Of a DNA stretch of 64,000 bases, positions 1 through 12,789 are shown one piece after another. Under the pieces are notes generated by a model. It ran no database searches and was not told the origin of the DNA. It was given only the letters and a program-made list of their open reading frames with translations. Origin of the DNA: Eledone cirrhosa (lineage: Eukaryota). The DNA lies in assembly GCA_964016885.1 (NCBI GenBank), contig OZ024742.1, positions 269,886,001 through 269,950,000 on the forward strand. The letters are read 5' to 3'. Numbering within the stretch: position 1 is the first letter of the stretch; every line of letters starts with the position of its first letter. Made by a program: the position numbers and the translations under genes.

Positions 1-40
<40 letters not shown>

Positions 41-149
41 TTTTTGACACAGTAGAAACTTACTATAACACTGTGTTACCCATTAGCAGCTTATCCGCTA
101 AAATTTCTTAATTCCCTGCTAATCACACTACCAGTAGAAGGAAAAACAA

Positions 150-300
150 TATTTGATTCTCACCACCTGTCTCGCTGGTTTTTTAGAATTAATATAGGTA
201 AGGAATTTTTAGCGTTCCTAGACAAACACTTCCCTATAAGACGTAAATATAGACCTATTTTTAATTGACAAATATAAAATATAAAAGCCCACATCACATT
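150..300 (+). mobile_element. Degraded Penelope-like element fragment (RT-EN linker region)
   Basis: Translates as SPPVSLVFRINIGKEFLAFLDKHFP..KYRPIFN, matching the NPP.N..V.TNI...F..LLDK.FP..HKY..IFN segment of the PLE ORFs at 31035 and 59076. Confidence 0.6.
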
Positions 301-329
301 AACACAAATAGTTCTCCCTCAGCCGCATG

Positions 330-1400
330 CTCTTGCAGAAAATCAGAATCATGACCTCTTCAACTTGAGTTAAACACTTCCGCAGTTGTCTATGAAGCTG
401 AAGATATATCCATTTCGCCGAATCCACAGCTGGATGCCAAAATATATGTAGTAGGGCCTGTTTAAAGAAAGATTCATAAACTATCAGACCACCTTTGGAA
501 GCTCGAGTAAGCGATCGTCCACGAAGCAGACACGCCATGTATAGTCCATGGAGGATGTAGAGTGAATTCCCCTTGCAAGGTGAATTTTTAACCAAATGTG
601 TTCATATATATATATAAATAGTATCTGAGTTTTTCGAATCTTAATAATAACATTCGATTCGTTTGCAATTATGCAAACAAGCCTCAATGTTATAGCCATG
701 TCAGTAGAATGAACACTTCAATTTAAAGATATGAGATATAGTCTTGATGTTGATATTACCTAAACGCGGCGCAGTTCCACTAGGCAGCCATTTTAAATCG
801 TTAATCTTCTTAACTTGTTCTCTGTTCACATAGCCTTTGAGATTCTTGAGCTTCAATTTCTTCATACCGCGTTTGAGCTGCTCCACTTCTCTACATTTGC
901 TGTATTGATGATTTTCGTATACGGGATTCACTTTGACGAATAGTAGCTTCCATTAGCCTATCTTTAGCAACACATTTTGATCTTTAATCCTTTCATTCAT
1001 TGTGTCCATTCTGTGCACATCGCTTTCTCTGTTTTTGACGCTTTGTTGATGTTTGTGCATCTAGTTCATCCTCTCTTTTTTGTGCTCCAGTTTAGGACAT
1101 ATAATCCCTCTTGATGAAAATGTGCTTTCCTTGCCTCGTCATCAGCAACATGTTTGGATCTTTGTTCTTCTGATTCATTTTGTGTATATTTCATAGTTGC
1201 TTTTCTTTGAATGTGAAGTCTTTCTTGTCGCTAATCATCACTTTCATTCTCCCTTTGTAGTTGCCTTGCTATAGCTTTATGAGATGTTCTTCGAAATGTA
1301 GGTCTATTTTTGGGGGGCATTCTTTGCTTGCAGCCTCAATTTAGATAATTTTCTGGTAATGATTGATCTGAGTCAAGTCAAACTTTGTTGAATAGAGACT
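330..1400 (-). mobile_element. Heavily degraded retroelement remnant, possibly Penelope/Poseidon-type RT
   Basis: LPSGTAPRLG resembles the PLE RT motif P.G..PRLYG; the 505-545 segment resembles the reverse complement of 62650-62690; many stops. Confidence 0.3.
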
Positions 1401-1879
1401 CACTGCATTAACTTATTTTTCGGAAAAACAACAAAAAAACGAACGGAAAATATCCCTTTTAGTAGTGTTTCCAGAAATCAAATAAAGAACCCTCAATTTC
1501 GTGAGGGGCTGACACACACACACTTATGCACATGCATCAATATAAGAAAATATGGCATATATACACACAAACGTGAAAAAATATAAAGAGGATATTGGTA
1601 GGATAGTGTCAGGAGAGGTAGACAGCAGAGGTTCTTCAGATAAGACACCTCCCACGAAAATGTTTCGGCCATTAAAGTCTTACGTTCTACGGGGACTGGG
1701 CTGCATCTAGGTCAATTAAACCACATGGAGATTTTGTTGACGGGGTCTAGCTATAACTCCGAGCTACCACCAACTGCGAACATGAGTTACTCAGAATTTC
1801 TTCCCTTGGCTTGGGTTAAAATAGGAACAAAATACCCTCAAACTGTATGAATCTCTTTTTGTTCAAGAGCGAAACACGA

Positions 1880-2400
1880 GGCAGATATGGCATATAAACA
1901 CACACGGCAGAGATATAAAGAATATATGACAAATTGGGCTACAGTAAATAGAAGAGAACGTGGATTTTGATGTTAAAGCAGGCTTTATGTTGATTGAACG
2001 CGATGCGCCCACAGGTTTTAGTCGTACCTCCTTTCCTGCAGGAAGTAGAGAGGGGACTTTCAATATTGAAGCAAGTGTCGGATATTATGTTGAAAGCGTG
2101 ACGGTCACATTTCGCTTTATTTATCTCTTCCTTCATGTATTGTTAACCTATCTGCTTAGTTCCATCTTTGACTTTTAGCGCACTATTTAATTTAACATGT
2201 GCTGTCTCTCAAATTAAAACTCCACCATTCTCTCTAATTTATGTCATATTCCAACATAGTGAACGTGATTCGTCACCAAAAGACTACAAAGTCGCAAACA
2301 GACAGATAAACATATAAACAAATGAATATGTGTCTAAGTAATAAGAAAACCTATTCCTTAGTCTGAAAGATCCGATGTTTGGCAATATTTGGTTCACAGG
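1880..2400. repeat. Diverged dispersed repeat, second copy at about 63090-63545
   Basis: Colinear shared blocks gattttgat(g/a)t(t/c)aaag(c/t)aggc, gttaac..tgcttagtt..gcactatt and tggttcacagg in both places. Confidence 0.6.
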
Positions 2401-2440
2401 TTCTTCAGTGCAATGGAGACAAACAGGAAAACAGATGAGC

Positions 2441-2564
<124 letters not shown>

Positions 2565-2574
2565 TGCTAAAAAA

Positions 2575-3210
2575 GCATGAGGTCATATCCATAGTATGTA
2601 GAGAACCCAGTCCATAGGATGAGTTTGCCGTAGAATACAACCCACGCTGCCAACAACAAGAATACAATATCCAACCACCTTTACTCCACCTTTATGGAAC
2701 ATAAAAAGAAGTGTGCCTCGCTAAGTGTGAGATTTTGTTAAACCTTATGCATCACAAGGCCGATTATTTTCTAAACCTACATGTAGAACGCTGAACGCAA
2801 CAGGTATAGGGATGGGTCTAGTCAGCAAATCTATTCTGAACGATCTAGTTAAGATGATTAGGAAGAAATCGAAACTATCACAAAGCGCGAACAGTGATAG
2901 GTCTCATGTAAGTGAATTGGTTGGATTATACATATTTGATATATTGCTAGTTAAATTCTAGGACTTCAACCCGGGTTTACACCGCTACTACTGTATGAAC
3001 CTATCGATTCATAAAAACGGTTACGACCTTCATCGTTTTATTAAAGACTACATAGTTGCATTTAACGAGATTGGACTTAAGATCACTGTAGCCAAAACAC
3101 ATGACTAGCGAGCATTATCTAAACATTAATTTAGACATACGCACACACATATTCAGATATTTGGACAAACTTAATGAAACGTTAACCTATAGACACGCGG
3201 AAAACGAGCG
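2575..3210. mobile_element. Degraded PLE fragment related to the 8.6-11.7 kb family
   Basis: 3050-3200 resembles 10400-10540 (RT C-terminal part); 2575-2635 resembles the pLTR end at 13640-13695. Confidence 0.5.
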
Positions 3211-3639
3211 TCCATAAAGCTTTAGACACATATGCTCACTAAAATATATAGACGTCGATTACGCCATTCAATGGAAAGGCATGACCAAATCTGAGCTATA
3301 CAGAAATAGGGTATTTGTCTTGTGGGCAATGTATCGATGGACGAATACATACTTGCAAATATTACGTAATAGTACTTGCCTCAACAGAAGAAACGATGTA
3401 TTTAATCGCTGCCCCCTCGCTGTGGAATATATGTTACGTAACTACTAGAACCCTGGATACATTTTACTCGGATTGAGCGACCTGAAAAATAAATTGTCTC
3501 GTTAACAACAGTATGACATGAATGGTGTATCTTGCCGACGTCTATCGCTGTAACCAGTGAGTTCATGAATACTTTCGTTCTCTGCACAACCACACTCAAG
3601 TTGGGCATTGGTAGGGAGAAATGAACCTCCTCGAATGTA

Positions 3640-3692
3640 GTTTACTCTTTTACCTGTTCCAGCCATCCGGCTGAGGACATGCTGGGGCACCG
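3640..3692 (-). mobile_element. SINE/LINE 3' end fragment (same as 8464-8525)
   Basis: Reverse complement of ggtgccccagcatg.cctcagccggatggctg.aacaggtaaaa.gagtaaa. Confidence 0.6.
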
Positions 3693-3841
3693 ATGCTAAT
3701 TTCTTGTTGAAATCTCTCTCACTCTCTCTCTCTGTATATATATATATATGTATATATATATATTAATTTAGAATCTTATGCTAATGTTTTAGAGTAGTGA
3801 CAGTCTCACTTACTTTAAATTTTCAGCAGACAGGGGAGTAA

Positions 3842-3886
3842 ATCTAACAGAGCTATGTTTCGTACTGATTGGTACTTATCAAAGCC
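3842..3886 (-). ncRNA. Type I hammerhead ribozyme with intact UUGAUAA (U3-A8) core
   Basis: Reverse complement reads GGCT-TTGATAA-GTAC caatca GTAC-GAAA-CA tagctc TGT-T-AGAT. Confidence 0.7.
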
Positions 3887-4335
3887 AAGTACTCGACCTG
3901 TTTGCTGAAAATCATGAATGTTTGATTCTTATAGAATTGCTAGTAATAGTCAGAACTGATTATACAGAGCGGTTGCCGGTCAAGCAGAAATTGAAAATTA
4001 GAATTGGCGCTCTGAAATAGCGATATATATATATGAATGTATATATAGAGTATTTTGCAATACACTGTATGCTTAATTAAAAGCATTTCGAAGACCTTAT
4101 GCTATAGTTTTAGAGTAGTGACAGTCTCACTTACTATACATTTTCAGCAAACAGGGGAGATAAAGCTGACAGAGCTAAATACACTATATATACATTCATA
4201 TATATATCGCTATTTCAGAGCACCAATTCTAATTTTCAATTTCTGCTTGACGGGCAACCGCCCAGTTCCTCATTATTACTAGAAATTCTATAAGAATCAA
4301 ACATTCATGATTTTCAGCAAACAGGTGGAGTACTT

Positions 4336-4380
4336 GGCTTTAATAAGTACCAATCAGTACGAAACATAGCTCTGTCAGCT
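4336..4380 (+). ncRNA. Type I hammerhead ribozyme, U3-A8 family (G5 mutated in this copy)
   Basis: GGCT-TTAATAA-GTAC caatca GTAC-GAAA-CA tagctc TGT-C-AGCT: stems I, II and III all pair; GUC cleavage triplet. Confidence 0.7.
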
Positions 4381-5189
4381 TTATCTCCCCTGTTTGCTGA
4401 AAATTTAAAGTAAGTGAGACTGTCACTACTCTAAAACAATTGCATAAGGTCTTCGAAATGCTTTTAATTAAGCATACAGTGTATTGCAAAATACATACAA
4501 ATATATACATTCATATATATTTATTTATATATGCATGTATGTGTGCCGGCTTCAATCGGGTGTAACTGCAGTACGAAGAGCAGTAAGTACGTGGAGTATG
4601 TACAACAACATTTAACATTGAAATGGCTTCTACAGGACTAGAACTGTTTATTCTAAGAACATAATCATGAATTCTCCTGAACATTTCCTTTTCCATTTTC
4701 ATTTCCTTTTCCATTTCTATACAACATTTTCTTTATATATATATATATATATATAGTAGTAGTAATAATAAAAAAAATGTGAAGATTAAAATCCAAAGAC
4801 GGCTCGTGCGCTATATACGTATTTATGTGTGTATATTTATATAGGTTTATATAATTATATGTATATACACACACACACACACACATATACCTATTTTGGG
4901 CTGGTTTATATATGTGTGCGCGTGTTTATGTGTACGTGTATGCATATGCATGCATGGCGGGTGTTTCCGCGTATGCACGTGTATGTAAGTATATAGATGC
5001 GTGTATATATTTAATGATTATTGATTTTAATAACTTCTGTAATTTTCGTTCTACTAATTTATTTACAGAAGCCGGGAATCATTCGGTTCCCTAAATAGAA
5101 TATTAGTCTACGACTGCATTTATAACGTAAACGTCGTTTTGTCTTTGCGTGTATTTGTTCTCATGGATCCACATAACGACGTATCATGT

Positions 5190-5378
5190 TCGCTTTTTTA
5201 CGTTCATTGCCAGGGAACAGCTTCACGAACCAAAGTATCGTATTCCTGTTTTCCTTCTGTTGAAACATTTTTCGAAATATTTACTTCTGCGTTCACAGAT
5301 TGATTTTTTTTAGTTTCAGAAGATCCCGTTAAGGGTGAAAGCAGCGATTCTTTGCTTAAACTTTAATCTGTTATTTTA

Positions 5379-5380
<2 letters not shown>
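5190..5380 (+). mobile_element. Solo pLTR fragment, tail-to-tail with the PLE at 5435-7135
   Basis: Diverged reverse complement of about 5527-5710; separated from it by (TA)n 5383-5434. Confidence 0.75.
5312..5362 (+). ncRNA. Type I hammerhead ribozyme with CAGAAGA (A4) core
   Basis: AGTTT-CAGAAGA-t CCC gttaa GGG t-GAAA-GCA gcgattctt TGC-TT-AAACT; second copy on the minus strand at 5546-5596 also has CAGAAGA (but G12 changed to T). Confidence 0.7.
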
Positions 5381-5434
<54 letters not shown>

Positions 5435-5438
<4 letters not shown>

Positions 5439-7135
5439 ATAATAATACATTTTAAGACTAAAATCCAAAGAGGGCTTGATAGGGATAAATATATATTAAG
5501 TATATAAGAACCGCAGAGCAAATATTTATTAAAATAACAGATTAAAGTTTAAGCAAAGAATCGCTGCTTTAACCCTTAACGGGATCTTCTGAAACTAAAA
5601 AGTCAATATTTGAACGCAGAATTAAATATTTAAAAAAAAATTCCAACCGGAGGAAGACAGGAAGACAATAATTTGGTTCGTGGAAACGTTCCCACATCAA
5701 GACGTAAAATATCCGGCTATAGTTCGTACTATCCGTTATGGTATAATGTGGGGCTGTAATACAGGAATGGTTTGTGCAATTTATTTTTACAAGCCGAAAT
5801 TGCCTCAGTTTTTGTTTAAGATGTGGTCTTTGGCGTAGAGTATTTTCAGGGCCTCAGCGGCGCAGAGGTCACACGTTTTTTCCCGTTATACGATTTAGCC
5901 ATAGCTAGGATCTCCCAGTGTAACTTATATTGCGGGTGGTTGTCTTTTAAACTCCAGGTATACGCTGAAAGTGACGTCATATTCCTTCTTAAAGGGTTAA
6001 GAAAAGAATGGGTATGCATGTAAAGACGCTGCTTGAATCTATTGGCGTTTAACCCTATGTAGGCCCTACGGGACGTGGGTGTTTCAACCTTACATTTGTA
6101 GACAATGTTACTAGAGAGGCATTTCTCGGATAGGGGCAGTCAACCCGGTTCCTACAATTAAAAATAGTACTAGCTACAGAGTTGCACGTGTTCTTACAGC
6201 TAGGAAGTTTAGCTAAATTAGAAGCTGTGATGTCATGTGCAAGGTTGGAAATCATAACGTAAGACATGTTAATGGTATTTCTATTAAAAATATTACTATA
6301 TTTATGTGCGGGGGGAAAATGCTTCATAATAAGGGAGAGAAAGATCTTAGCTAATAGTGTGGCCATCACCATATTATATGGTAGGTTATACCATATAACG
6401 CGTCGAGATCTACTCTTCCTAGGTCTATTCTCGTACTCTGTATATACTACCTTATCGACAAATCTACTCCGAGCAAGAGCTTCATTGTAATATGTGGAAT
6501 GGTCGCTGAAAATCTGCTCGTAAGTAGATAGACGGGAAAGCCTCAAAGAAACGTTTCTGACCAGGTTCTTGGTTATGCTGACAGGATGGTTAGAATGCTT
6601 ACTTATGTAATTAAGCGTATCATTCGTCTTTCTATACCGGTAGTGCAAGCCATTCGACAAAGTAAGGGTAACGTCGAGGTAATTAACGACCGAGAGGTTG
6701 GCCTCAACCTGCATGGGGAGGTTGAAGCCTTTAAAGAAGGCTGTCAATTCTTTTCTGAAATTGTCGCAAGCACGTAGGCCGCACTTTGTCATGGTCAAAA
6801 CACCATCATCACGGTACAAAACACCGCCCACGTTGGGGAATTCTTCCTTCATAGAGAAAAGGCGGATAAGATCAGTAACCTCCGAAGAATCGTTGGCGCC
6901 CATACTCACGTCGAATGGGGTACTACTAGATTTTTTAATCCAAATAGAGTCGTCGAAATTAATCACTCGTATATTCTTTGTAGAAATATTCAGATGTTGT
7001 TTCTGCATGATGAATATAAGTCAATAGAGTGCTCAACCGTCGGAGCCAAATAGTAATAATAATACCTTTGAAGACTAAAATCCAAAGAGGGCTCGATAAG
7101 GATAAATATATATCAAGTGTATAAGAACCATATAT
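5435..7135 (-). mobile_element. 5'-truncated Penelope-like element (RT + GIY-YIG endonuclease + HHR-bearing pLTR) with short direct terminal repeat
   Basis: ORF 6055-7008 has FDVSMGANDSSEV and LYRDDG motifs; out of frame NIVYKC...AYIGL...FKQR (GIY-YIG); 7051-7135 repeats 5435-5512. Confidence 0.9.
6055..7008 (-). pseudogene. PLE reverse transcriptase C-terminal half (frameshifted into endonuclease)
   Basis: YRDD catalytic motif, VNYLDVTL, SNHP thumb motif, CRNRVDCP Cys linker. Confidence 0.9.
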
Positions 7136-7142
7136 TAAACCA

Positions 7143-7990
7143 TGCTTAAACTTTTTTGTTGTTACCCTGGCGTCCCCTTTGTTTACGTGTCCCAACGACT
7201 TTTTTTAGCCGTTGTTCGCACCAACCTGAGGCATATGGCCCTTAAAGCGATGAAATGCCTAGGACGGTTGGAGGGTCACTGATGAAGGACTCACTTTTTC
7301 ATATGTATCCCATTTGCAACGCCGCAGCTCCATTATTATCATATTTACACATATATTTTTTCCATGCTGCCTCGTCTGTTTCATTCCTTGTATCTTTACC
7401 CTTTCTAGCAGTCTCTTTCTCTGTTAGCCTCCTCCTCAACTTTCACTCACACATTCTCTGTCACTACCTCTCCTCCTCCTCTTTCCTCCTCCTCCTTCAA
7501 GTTTGACCTGTGTGTAATTCTTTTCTCGCGCGGTCTTGACCAAGCTGGTATGGAATTTTTTTCTCTCTCTCTTTCGTCTGCGACTTCACAAAACTTACGT
7601 TTACCGAATTCGTAGACCAGACCCCTTTATCTTCTTCTTCTTCTTCTTCTTCTTCTTCTTCTTCTTCTCTCCTTTCTATCTCTCTCTTCCCCCCCCCCCC
7701 CCCGTCAAACTTGGGCGAAATTCTTTCCTTGCTCACATTTCAACCAGGTTTGATGGTCTTTTGTCTCTTGTTCAAGATTTCACCGAGTTTATATTCATAT
7801 AGATCTGGGACTTGTCTATTTCCTCTCACTTTCCGTTGCTTAAACTTTTTTGTTGTTACCCTGGCGTCCCCTTTGTTTACGTGTCCCAACGACTTTTTTT
7901 AGCCGTTGTTCGCACCAACCTGAGTCATATGGCCCTTAAAGCGATGAAATGCCTAGGACGGTTGGAGGGTCACTGATGAAGGACTCACTT

Positions 7991-7998
<8 letters not shown>
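7143..7998 (+). mobile_element. Non-coding partial tandem element: 694-bp unit with about 160-bp near-identical direct terminal repeats (7143-7304 and 7837-7998)
   Basis: Repeats read directly; ends in (TA)n; repeats contain CCAAC..GAAA..CCTAGG..GTTGG (degenerate HHR-like) and a CTGATGA. Confidence 0.7.
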
Positions 7999-8049
<51 letters not shown>

Positions 8050-8050
<1 letters not shown>

Positions 8051-8404
8051 CGGATTCAGAGCACTTAACAGTTTTCTCAATGATATTAAATAAATGGAAA
8101 CTGTATTTATAAAACCATATTTATTCTTTTATATTCTGGTACCCTTGAAATATATATAATAGTATACATATGGTTTTATAAATATAGTTTCCATTTATTT
8201 AATATCATTTCATATGTATATATACAATGATATTAATTATATATTCCAAGACTGAAATTGAACCATCAGCACAGTTGAGGTATGTCAGACAGCCATTTAT
8301 TTTATCTGATGAGGACGCACTGAGGAAACATCACACTGCCTCTGAAATATATATAATAAAATATATTTGATTACATGAATGTCTATATATATTAATATTT
8401 TGAA

Positions 8405-8405
<1 letters not shown>
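8050..8405 (+). mobile_element. Short non-coding pLTR-like element with internal inverted repeat (8078-8120 / 8168-8210) and HHR
   Basis: Flanked on both sides by (TA)n; inverted arms read directly. Confidence 0.7.
8298..8363 (+). ncRNA. Minimal type I hammerhead ribozyme (palindromic TATATA in place of stem III)
   Basis: TATTTTAT-CTGATGA-gga cgca c tga ggaaaca tca cac tgc c tct-GAAA-TATATA-TA-ATAAAATA; 8-bp stem I. Confidence 0.8.
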
Positions 8406-8452
<47 letters not shown>

Positions 8453-8463
8453 TTCAAAATATA

Positions 8464-8525
8464 AAGGGCGGTGCCCCAGCATGGCCTCAGCCGGATGGCT
8501 GAAACAGGTAAAAGAGTAAAAGAGT
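8464..8525 (+). mobile_element. SINE/LINE 3' end fragment with (TAAAAGAG)2 tail
   Basis: Second copy at 3640-3692 on the minus strand. Confidence 0.6.
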
Positions 8526-9034
8526 ATATATATATATATATATATATATGTACAATGTAAACCCGGTTGGTGTTAGAAAAGCCATGCAACTCTAGAAACC
8601 TAAAATCATTTCTGAATGAATAATTCTAACACAAGGTGTGTGCTTGAGACAGATAAACAAAGAAATGTTATAATCACTACTTAGCATATTTATCCTTTCT
8701 TTAATACACTGTCCACAAGACGGATTGCCCCTTGCGTATTGAAGTAAGGATAAATAGTCTAAGGAGGTTACGCAATAGTTATTGCCTAATTTCAAGAACT
8801 GAATTTTTCTCAGGTTGTCCACATGTCTGGAAATACCTCTTGCATAACTACAAAGCTCCGGATTGAACAACAACATTCTTATTTTCTAATCAACTCGAAC
8901 ATCTTTTCCGGACTTTCGCAGTTATCTCCCTTACATCTTTCTCCAGTGTCTTTGTATCACTTGGATGAATTGATCGTTTCTGCGCATGCGCGTTCATGCG
9001 GTTGTTCTTCCTGTTCCGTATAACCATGAAGAGT

Positions 9035-9074
9035 CCGAGCTGATAATCCGCTAAAGTGAAACAATTGTTGTCGG
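9035..9074 (+). ncRNA. Minimal HHR in 5' pLTR (G8 changed to A, probably inactive)
   Basis: CCGAG-CTGATAA-tccgctaaagt-GAAA-CAATTG-TT-GTCGG. Confidence 0.7.
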
Positions 9075-11531
9075 TATGGTGAACCAACTATTGTGTTACT
9101 ACTTCTACCAAACTCGTCCCATGGACTGAGTGCTCTACCACTACGGATATTACATTGCTGTCTTCTACCTCGATATATGTCTCCAGCACAGGTCAGCAGA
9201 TTATTTGCACTACGTGGAAGTTTGGCTTTTAGCAGATTCTTCACCATGAGGGAGTTTGGCTTTCTATCAAGTGAGCGCTTTCTATATCCTCGTGTATGCA
9301 CAGCTTTGTGTCTCATCAACCTCAGAATAGATTTATATGAACTGGATTATTCCGTGAACAATATTCCCAGTCCCTCTAACCGTGTTTACCTAAAGCTTCT
9401 CCTACAAAAAGTGGAAGATGTCATCAGACGTTTAAGATGTTGAGCGCTATCTTTTTTATTACAGAAACCAGTAAGACCTTCAATCTGAAATCTAGAACCT
9501 ACCCTTCAAAGATAATTGACCTTCTTGACTTAGTCGCTAAGATTTCCTTTCGCAATCACTCTAACACCTTCCAAACAAAACTTAGAAATGATATTAACAA
9601 ATTTAGATCTTCCAATAAGATTTTCCTTTTTTCTGACAATAATATTTACGAAGTCGACAACATTACTTAAAGCCACTTGGCACTTAACTCTATAACCTCT
9701 AAATATAAGAAGACATATCCTATAGCCTACCACGACATCAATACAGAAGCCAAAGACCTTTCTGCCGCCCTTAAGGTAGATGAGAAGCTACAATGCTAAG
9801 CTAAGAGTGACGCGATTCTCACCCTGAAGGCTGACAAGTTAGACTTTGCTTCTAATCCCATGTGTATACTACTAAACCCGGCACGCACGGAAATGAGACT
9901 AGTCAGTAAGGCTATACTCATAAACATAGATAAGACCATTAGGACCAAGTTCAACTTCTCCCAGTAGGAGAACAGCGAGTCCGTCATTAAGTGGTTTAAT
10001 TCCTTCAACTCCAAAAAAGCGAAGTTCACGCAATTCGACATTGTAGATTTTTACCCGTCGATCCCAGAGACACTGTTAAACAAAGCGTTGGACTTTGCTA
10101 TCACTTACACTACCGTCCATATTTTAGACAGGGAAATCATCGCACACTGTCGGAAAACCCTCCTCTTCAACACTGGAGTATCCTGGGCAAAGAAGTCAAT
10201 CACTTCAAAACTCTTTGAGGTCTCCATCAGATCGTTTGACAGTACTGACGTATGCGACTTGGTTGGCCTATTTATTTTAGACATAATACGTGTTAGATTC
10301 CCGACCTCCACACGGGAATATACCCCGACGATGGCCTGAATTTATCAAGCCATAAAAGTGGCCAGACCTTGACCGGTTTAAAAAAAAGCGTTAACTTTAC
10401 ATTTAATGATTTAAGATTTAGTATAACAGTAGCTACCAACCTCTCTAACGTAGATTTCTTAGACATTAATTTAGACCTTCGCACACATACCTTCAGACCC
10501 TCCGATAAGATAAACAAAACATTTAATTACATACACAAGGAATCATGCCACCCTCCTACTGTTTGTAGAAAGTTCGTAAATAATTTCAGTACTAACCTCT
10601 CCTCTAATAAGGCTATATTTGAGAGAGCGGCACCCTACTATAATACGGCGTTAGCTAACAGCGGCTTCTCGCAACCAACTACTTACTCCCCCACTAACAA
10701 CAACAGACATAAGAAAAGAAATCGTAAAGGTAGACAAACTATCTAGTTCCCTCCTCCCTCCTCACTTACCGTTAAAACCAATGTAGGAAACATTTATTTA
10801 GCCCTATTAGATAGACACTTTCACATAAGTCACAAATGCCGCTCCATCTTTAACAGACACAGAGTAATATTAGGGAAATCCTGCGCTAAGAATATGGAGG
10901 CCCACATCAGTAATAGTCCAAAGGGCGGCACACCACTAGGATGCTCTTGCCGAAAGCCTGAAACTTGTCCGGTTCAAAAGCAATGCAACACACCCGCGGT
11001 AGATTAGAAGCTGTGGTCACTTCCAAGCGACCATATCAACTACAGGAAGTCAAAGCCTATGTGGGTATGTGCTTTGCAGTTGAACTTTAGCTACCCGGAC
11101 AAACGAGCACCCACGAAACTCGTGAGCCACGAATGGTCCCTCAAGGACTCAGGTATAGACTCCTCCATTCAATGGAAAGCTATCACTAAGTCCAAGCCAC
11201 ACGCAAGGGCCAATCCGTCTTGTGGACTGTGTCATTAAGAAAGGATAAAATATTCTAAGGAGATTACGCAATAGAGATTGCCTAAATTCAAGTTGAATTC
11301 TTCTCACGCTGTCCACCTGTCTGGAAAAACCTCTTGCATAACTACAAAACTCCGGATTGAATAACAACAACATTCTAATGTTCTAATCAACTTGAACATC
11401 TTTTCCGGGCATTCGCATTTATCGCCCTTACACCTTTCACCAGTGGCTTTGTATCGCTTGGGAGAAGTGACCATTTCTGCACATGCGAGTTCATGCGGTT
11501 GTTCTTCCAGTTCCCTATAACCATGACCAGT

Positions 11532-11571
11532 CCGAGCTGAAGATCTGCTAAAGTGAAACAATTGTTCTCGG
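11532..11571 (+). ncRNA. Minimal HHR in 3' pLTR, palindromic CAATTG stem III
   Basis: CCGAG-CTGAAGA-tctgctaaagt-GAAA-CAATTG-TT-CTCGG; perfect 5-bp stem I. Confidence 0.85.
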
Positions 11572-11667
11572 TATGTCGAACTAACTGATGTGTTACTACT
11601 TCTACCAAGCTCGTCCCATGGACTGAGTGCTCTACCACAAAGGATATTACCTTACAGTATTCTACGC

Positions 11668-12170
<503 letters not shown>

Positions 12171-12179
12171 TGTGTATAT

Positions 12180-12229
<50 letters not shown>

Positions 12230-12408
12230 GAGGATATCCAGTTGTGAGTTCTGATTGAGTCTGGATATTTTATTATATTTTCTGATGCAAGACTTGATTC
12301 CGAAAGGCAAATAGAATTGTTTTACTAGATTAAAAGTAATACGTATCTTCATTGCAGTGTCATTTGCTTCGTTCCTTACATTTACACATTGCTCACATAC
12401 ATACCCCC

Positions 12409-12501
<93 letters not shown>

Positions 12502-12617
12502 ATGCAATACATATAGGTGTATATATATATTTGTGTTTCTGTGTGTATGTACATATGTAAATATGCACACGTAAATATATGTACGTATGGGATATGTCGA
12601 ACATTAATAATTATTTC

Positions 12618-12788
12618 GACTTTTGGCACAATTATCCCAGTTCATTACTGGTCCTTCATTCTATCGACTCCGTAAGGGTGAACGGCAGAGTTAACCCCGA
12701 CGGTATTTGATCTCAGACCGTAAAATACCATAATACTATGTTGAAAAGGATGTTGTCCCTCTACCTATACTGCCAATCCACAGCCCTT
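12618..12788 (-). mobile_element. tRNA-derived SINE, family A (diverged)
   Basis: Reverse complement of the family A consensus (ggattggcagtat.ggtagaggg..., ggggtcgata, ccagtaatg). Confidence 0.75.
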
Positions 12789-12789
12789 C

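Larger units (their letters stand above)
3765..4495. mobile_element. Non-coding fold-back element (pLTR-like) in (TA)n: 3765-4025 and 4050-4177 are both inverted relative to 4205-4495
   Basis: Direct reverse-complement comparison; TA repeats flank each piece; carries HHR motif. Confidence 0.8.
8570..11665 (+). mobile_element. Near full-length, decayed Penelope-like element with direct pLTRs (about 8745-9160 and 11240-11660)
   Basis: N-terminal YSVNNIP..YLK..QKVEDVIRRLR, QFDIVDFYPSI, FEVSIRSFDSTDVCDLVGL, YPDDG, CSC..PETCP, AYVG; many stops and frameshifts; upstream pLTR begins with a small inversion (8640-8740). Confidence 0.92.

Noticed and set aside
1630-1715. CTGAAGA and CGAAAC on the minus strand
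   Set aside because: No consistent three-stem fold found
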